A DNA stretch of 64,000 bases from NCBI RefSeq assembly GCF_009914755.1, contig NC_060928.1, one strand, 5' to 3'. The position numbers and the translations under genes were made by a program. Source of the stretch: the human T2T-CHM13v2.0 reference genome, Homo sapiens. Below the pieces are notes generated by a model. It saw only the letters and a program-made list of their open reading frames with translations. It did no database searches and had not been told where the DNA came from. Shown in pieces: positions 56,361-64,000 of the stretch (the stretch's first letter is position 1; each line of letters begins with the position of its first letter).

Positions 56361-56480
56361 TAATAATAAGTTGCAAGGCCGAGGCGGTCAGATCACCTAT
56401 GGTCAGGAGTTCAAGACCAGCTATTTTGGGAGGCTGAGGCAAGAGGATTGCTTGAACTTGGGAGGTGGAGGTTGCAGTGA

Positions 56481-56855
<375 letters not shown>

Positions 56856-56858
56856 TAG

Positions 56859-57282
<424 letters not shown>

Positions 57283-57397
57283 TAAATGACTCTAAGACTG
57301 TTTACTTACAGTCCTCAGTTTTTAGTAACTTTAGAATTACTCATTTATACACATGCACTGTTCATTCATTTATACAACCACACATAATGAAAACTTA

Positions 57398-57802
<405 letters not shown>

Positions 57803-57860
57803 CTAGCCTGGGAACTATATCAGTGAACAAATGACTATAAGGTGATAAGTATTGTGTTGA

Positions 57861-58184
<324 letters not shown>

Positions 58185-58255
58185 TGATCTCTGCCCCCCT
58201 CAGTCTCCCAAAGTGCTGGGATTACAGGCATGAGCCACCGTGCCTGGCTTTTTTT

Positions 58256-58268
<13 letters not shown>

Positions 58269-58301
<33 letters not shown>
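58269..58301. repeat. (TG)n microsatellite at an Alu tail
   Basis: About 16 uninterrupted TG units. Confidence 0.95.
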
Positions 58302-58545
<244 letters not shown>

Positions 58546-58852
58546 TGAGATTACAGGCATGAGCCACTGTTCCTGACCGATGGGCTAATTTTGAATGTGT
58601 GAAATATTAAATCAAAATCTCTAGTGGGCAACATTTAGTTGGTTCATTTTAATATTATGTAATGTGCTTGAACTAATAAAAAAGTAAACTTTAAAAATTA
58701 TTTTTGTTTTTGTTTGGAAATCATCACAATAAAATAAATTTTTTTTTATTTTGTTTGGAAATGGAAATTCCAGAATAATTTCAGTAATAGGTAAACTCTA
58801 TAAAGCATTCAGAGGTTTGTGTAATTACTAATGTAGCTAGAGCAGTTTCTCA

Positions 58853-59002
<150 letters not shown>

Positions 59003-59249
59003 CTAGCCGAATGTGGTGGCGCAGCTGCTTGGGAGGCTGAGGTGGGAGGATAACTTGAGACTGGGAGGCAGAAGTTCCAGTGAGCTGAGATTACAACACT
59101 GCACTCCAGCCTGGGCAACAGAGAAAGACCCTGTCTCAAAACAAAACAAACAAACAATACTGATAACTATTATGGTCCTCATTTTTACTTATGGTCACCT
59201 AGTCATAGCAGATATTTATAATTACTATCCATACCATAGACCCTTTGCC

Positions 59250-60730
<1,481 letters not shown>

Positions 60731-60759
60731 TCCCCTAGAGAATCATTCTAAATAGGGGG

Positions 60760-61507
60760 CTTAGTTGTGATTTGCTCTAGCAACAAAAAATTGGAATTCA
60801 CAAACACAAGCTGGAATCCACCTGTTGTTCAGTCTCACAACCTCCGACTGTGATGATGTGGGTATCCTGCAGAAGCTGGCACCCCTCGTTATGAGGCTAA
60901 ACATGAACCTGGCCCAGGAGGCAGAGAAGCTGAAGTGGGCAGTGGGGAGCTACAGCAGCTTCTGTCCCACATCAAGGAGATAAGCCAGCAGATAAATAAC
61001 ACATGTGTAATGTGCAACGACACTTGGTGCCTCTGCACTGATCTCTTTTTTTTTTTTTTTTTTGAGTCAGTGTCACTCTGTCGCCAAGGCTGGAGTGCAG
61101 TGGCGCCATCTTGGCTCACTGCAACCTCTGCTTTCCAAGTTCAAGCTATTCTAGGGCCTCTGCCTCCTGAATAGCTGTGATTACTAGGCGTCCACCACCA
61201 TGCCTGGCTAATTTTTGTATTTTAGTAGAGACAGGGTTTCACCGTGTTGGTCAGATTGGTCTCGAACTCCTGACCTCAAGTGATCTGTCCTCCTCGGCCT
61301 CCCAAAGTGCTGGGATTACAGATGTGAGCCACTGTGCCCAGCCTGCACTGACCTTCTGAGAGTGAAGACAATATGTTGCTGCTCCCTTTCTGCTTTCCAC
61401 ATCTCATGCAAAATGTCTCTGTGGCCCACTTTGAGAATGTACAGGGAAGATAATTCTGGGAAATGTAGTTCAGCCTAGCCAAGTAGGCACATTACAAAGC
61501 CACTACA
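60760..61507 (-). mobile_element. MLT2-like ERVL LTR with inserted Alu
   Basis: Minus strand begins TGTAGTGGCTTTGTAATGTGCCTACTTGGCTAGGCTGAACTACATTTCCCAGAATT, adjacent to the ERVL internal sequence. Confidence 0.55.
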
Positions 61508-62142
61508 GAAGGTGATAAGTGCTATAGTGAAAAAAATAATAGAGCGAGGAAAGGCAGATAAGAACTGGGAAAAGGGGTGAATTTCAATTTGTAACAGTAG
61601 GGTAGGCATCAATAAGAAGGTAGTATTGAACAAAACTTTCAAGGAAATGAGGAAATAGCCTTGCAGATATCTGGGAGAAGAGCATTCCTATTACAGAGAA
61701 AAATCTTTGCTCCAAGTTCTGCATTCATAAAAAAGGAAAAGTAACAATACCTATCTCAACATCATAGCGTTGTTATGAAGATAAAATGAATTACTACCTG
61801 CAAAGGACTTAGAATAATGCCTAGAATTTTAAAAATTGAGGATGGACATGGTTGCTCATGCCTGTAATCCCAGCACTTTGGGAGTCCTAGGCAGGAAGAT
61901 CACTTGAGGCCAGGAGTTTGAGATCAGCCTGGGCAACACAGTGAGACCCCCATCTCTACAAAAAAATACAAAAATTAGGCCGGGCGTGGTGGCTCACTGC
62001 ACTCAGCACTTTGGGAGGCCAAGGCGGGTGGATCATGAGGTCAGGAGTTCGAGACCAGCCTGACCAACATGATGAAACCCCGTCTCTACTAAAAATATTA
62101 AAATTAGCTGGGCGTGGTGATATGCACCTGTAATCCCAGCTA

Positions 62143-62443
<301 letters not shown>

Positions 62444-62490
62444 TTATGCCTATAATCCCAGCACTTTAGGAGGCCAAGGCGGGTGGATCA

Positions 62491-62739
<249 letters not shown>

Positions 62740-63419
62740 CTATTATTTTTGGTGTATTGAATACCATATGATTTCTAAAACCCTTACTATAATAGTTCAG
62801 ATATGAATCCAGGAAAATGATTGTGTATCATATTATCATCATCTCATTCCCACCAGATACAAACTAGCCAATGATTCTGCAATATCACTCAATTTTACTG
62901 GGTTAGTGAACCTTAGATTTCCAAAGTGAACTATACATTTCTTTAGCTGTAATTTCTGTTTAATTTAAATGTTTATTTTCATATTTCATAATGATTTAAA
63001 TGTTTATTTTTGTATTATGAGTTAAAACTTAGTTTAATATACTCTTATAGTCAATGTTTATTATTAAGATTACTAGGTATTACCTTGTTCCAGTGGTCAA
63101 TTTTAGCATCACTGTTAGTGGGATGAGATAGTATGTGTTTCCTAATGTGATGCGAGATAAAATGTACACTATCATTCATTGTATTCTAGCCAAAAATCTT
63201 TAACTTGAATCTATGAAAACATTTACACTGAATTTCCAGTTTACAGGAAATACAAAGTTCAAATAATAAGCTAAATGAATTCATGAAGAAAGTATCAGAC
63301 CAATTCAGACTATGGTGTTTTCTACATTGATCTCTTTAGCAAGTCAGTGTCGTGGGAAAAAAGAAGGGGACAAGTCCAGATTTAAAGAGCATATCAATAC
63401 CACTTCTTCACTATTTCAA

Positions 63420-63995
63420 AGTGATCTTTGGCCACTTATTCTTACTCAGAACAAGAGAGCAGCTGTAGAGAGCTACAGAGAGCAGTTCTGTGTGAACACC
63501 TACATCAGCACCATCTCACCTGGGCACCACACTACAGCATTGCACTGTTTGCTAGCACTTCTCAACTCTTGTGTCCTGCCCAGAGTTTTCCTGAGACAAC
63601 GAGGCTTGAGATGCTTTTGCTTGCTGGGTGCCCTTGCATTTGTAACTCAGAAGTAAGGGGAGAAAGTGCTCCCAAGGAGCAAATCTTTGGCCAAAAGGAA
63701 ACAAGAACTAGCAGATAAATTCTTCCCTGTTTCTTGACTTTCCTGAAAGGCATTTGTTCATCCAACCTCTCAGAAGATGGCCCTAGAGGAACAATCAGTC
63801 ACCCTTGATATAAGTGGTGGTCGGTTTGGAACAGCACCCTCAAATTCACTCTACTAGTTTCCTTTCCTCCACTTCCCTTTTCCTTCACTCCTGCTGTCTT
63901 CGGACTGCGCTCTCTATAAAGTAGCAGCATATAAAATTTTGTTTCAAGCTGTGCTTTCCAGCTGAGGCACACATAGGGACATAACAACCTGATGC
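63420..63995 (+). mobile_element. possible ancient ERVL-type LTR (LTR16/LTR33-like)
   Basis: 3' motifs (pyrimidine tract, ctctctataaa, ttgtttcaagctgtgctttcc) resemble these families; highly diverged. Confidence 0.35.
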
Positions 63996-64000
63996 AAAGT

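Noticed and set aside
63312-63718. Overlapping 114-aa and 96-aa ORFs as an exon or pseudogene
   Set aside because: No recognisable homology or splice context; they lie in probable old LTR sequence.

Overview
Primate (human-like) genomic DNA, very rich in Alu elements. It holds the complete minus-strand gene GRSF1 (G-rich RNA sequence-binding factor 1, a mitochondrial qRRM protein). Nine coding exons (30296->14780) splice at GT-AG sites into 1443 nt, giving 480 aa plus stop. A non-coding last exon follows with several candidate poly(A) signals. The CpG-island promoter has ETS/GABP-like and NRF-1-like motifs and a perfect 11 x 21-bp GC-box tandem repeat about 190 bp upstream of the ATG. The rest is repeat-derived: old L1 fragments, a decayed ERV1-class provirus with two LTRs (nested solo MER57A1-like LTR, MER1B, two U6 retrocopies, many Alus), a near full-length Tigger1, an ERVL dUTPase/integrase remnant and a U13 snoRNA retrocopy. 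The most unusual observations are the promoter VNTR, a micro-inversion between inverted Alus revealed by swapped TSDs, three templated-insertion or fold-back scars, and two copies of a ~55-nt hairpin-ended, A-tailed retro-element. Nearly all other ORFs in the track are Alu artefacts. Repeat subfamily names come from recall of consensus sequences and were not computed.
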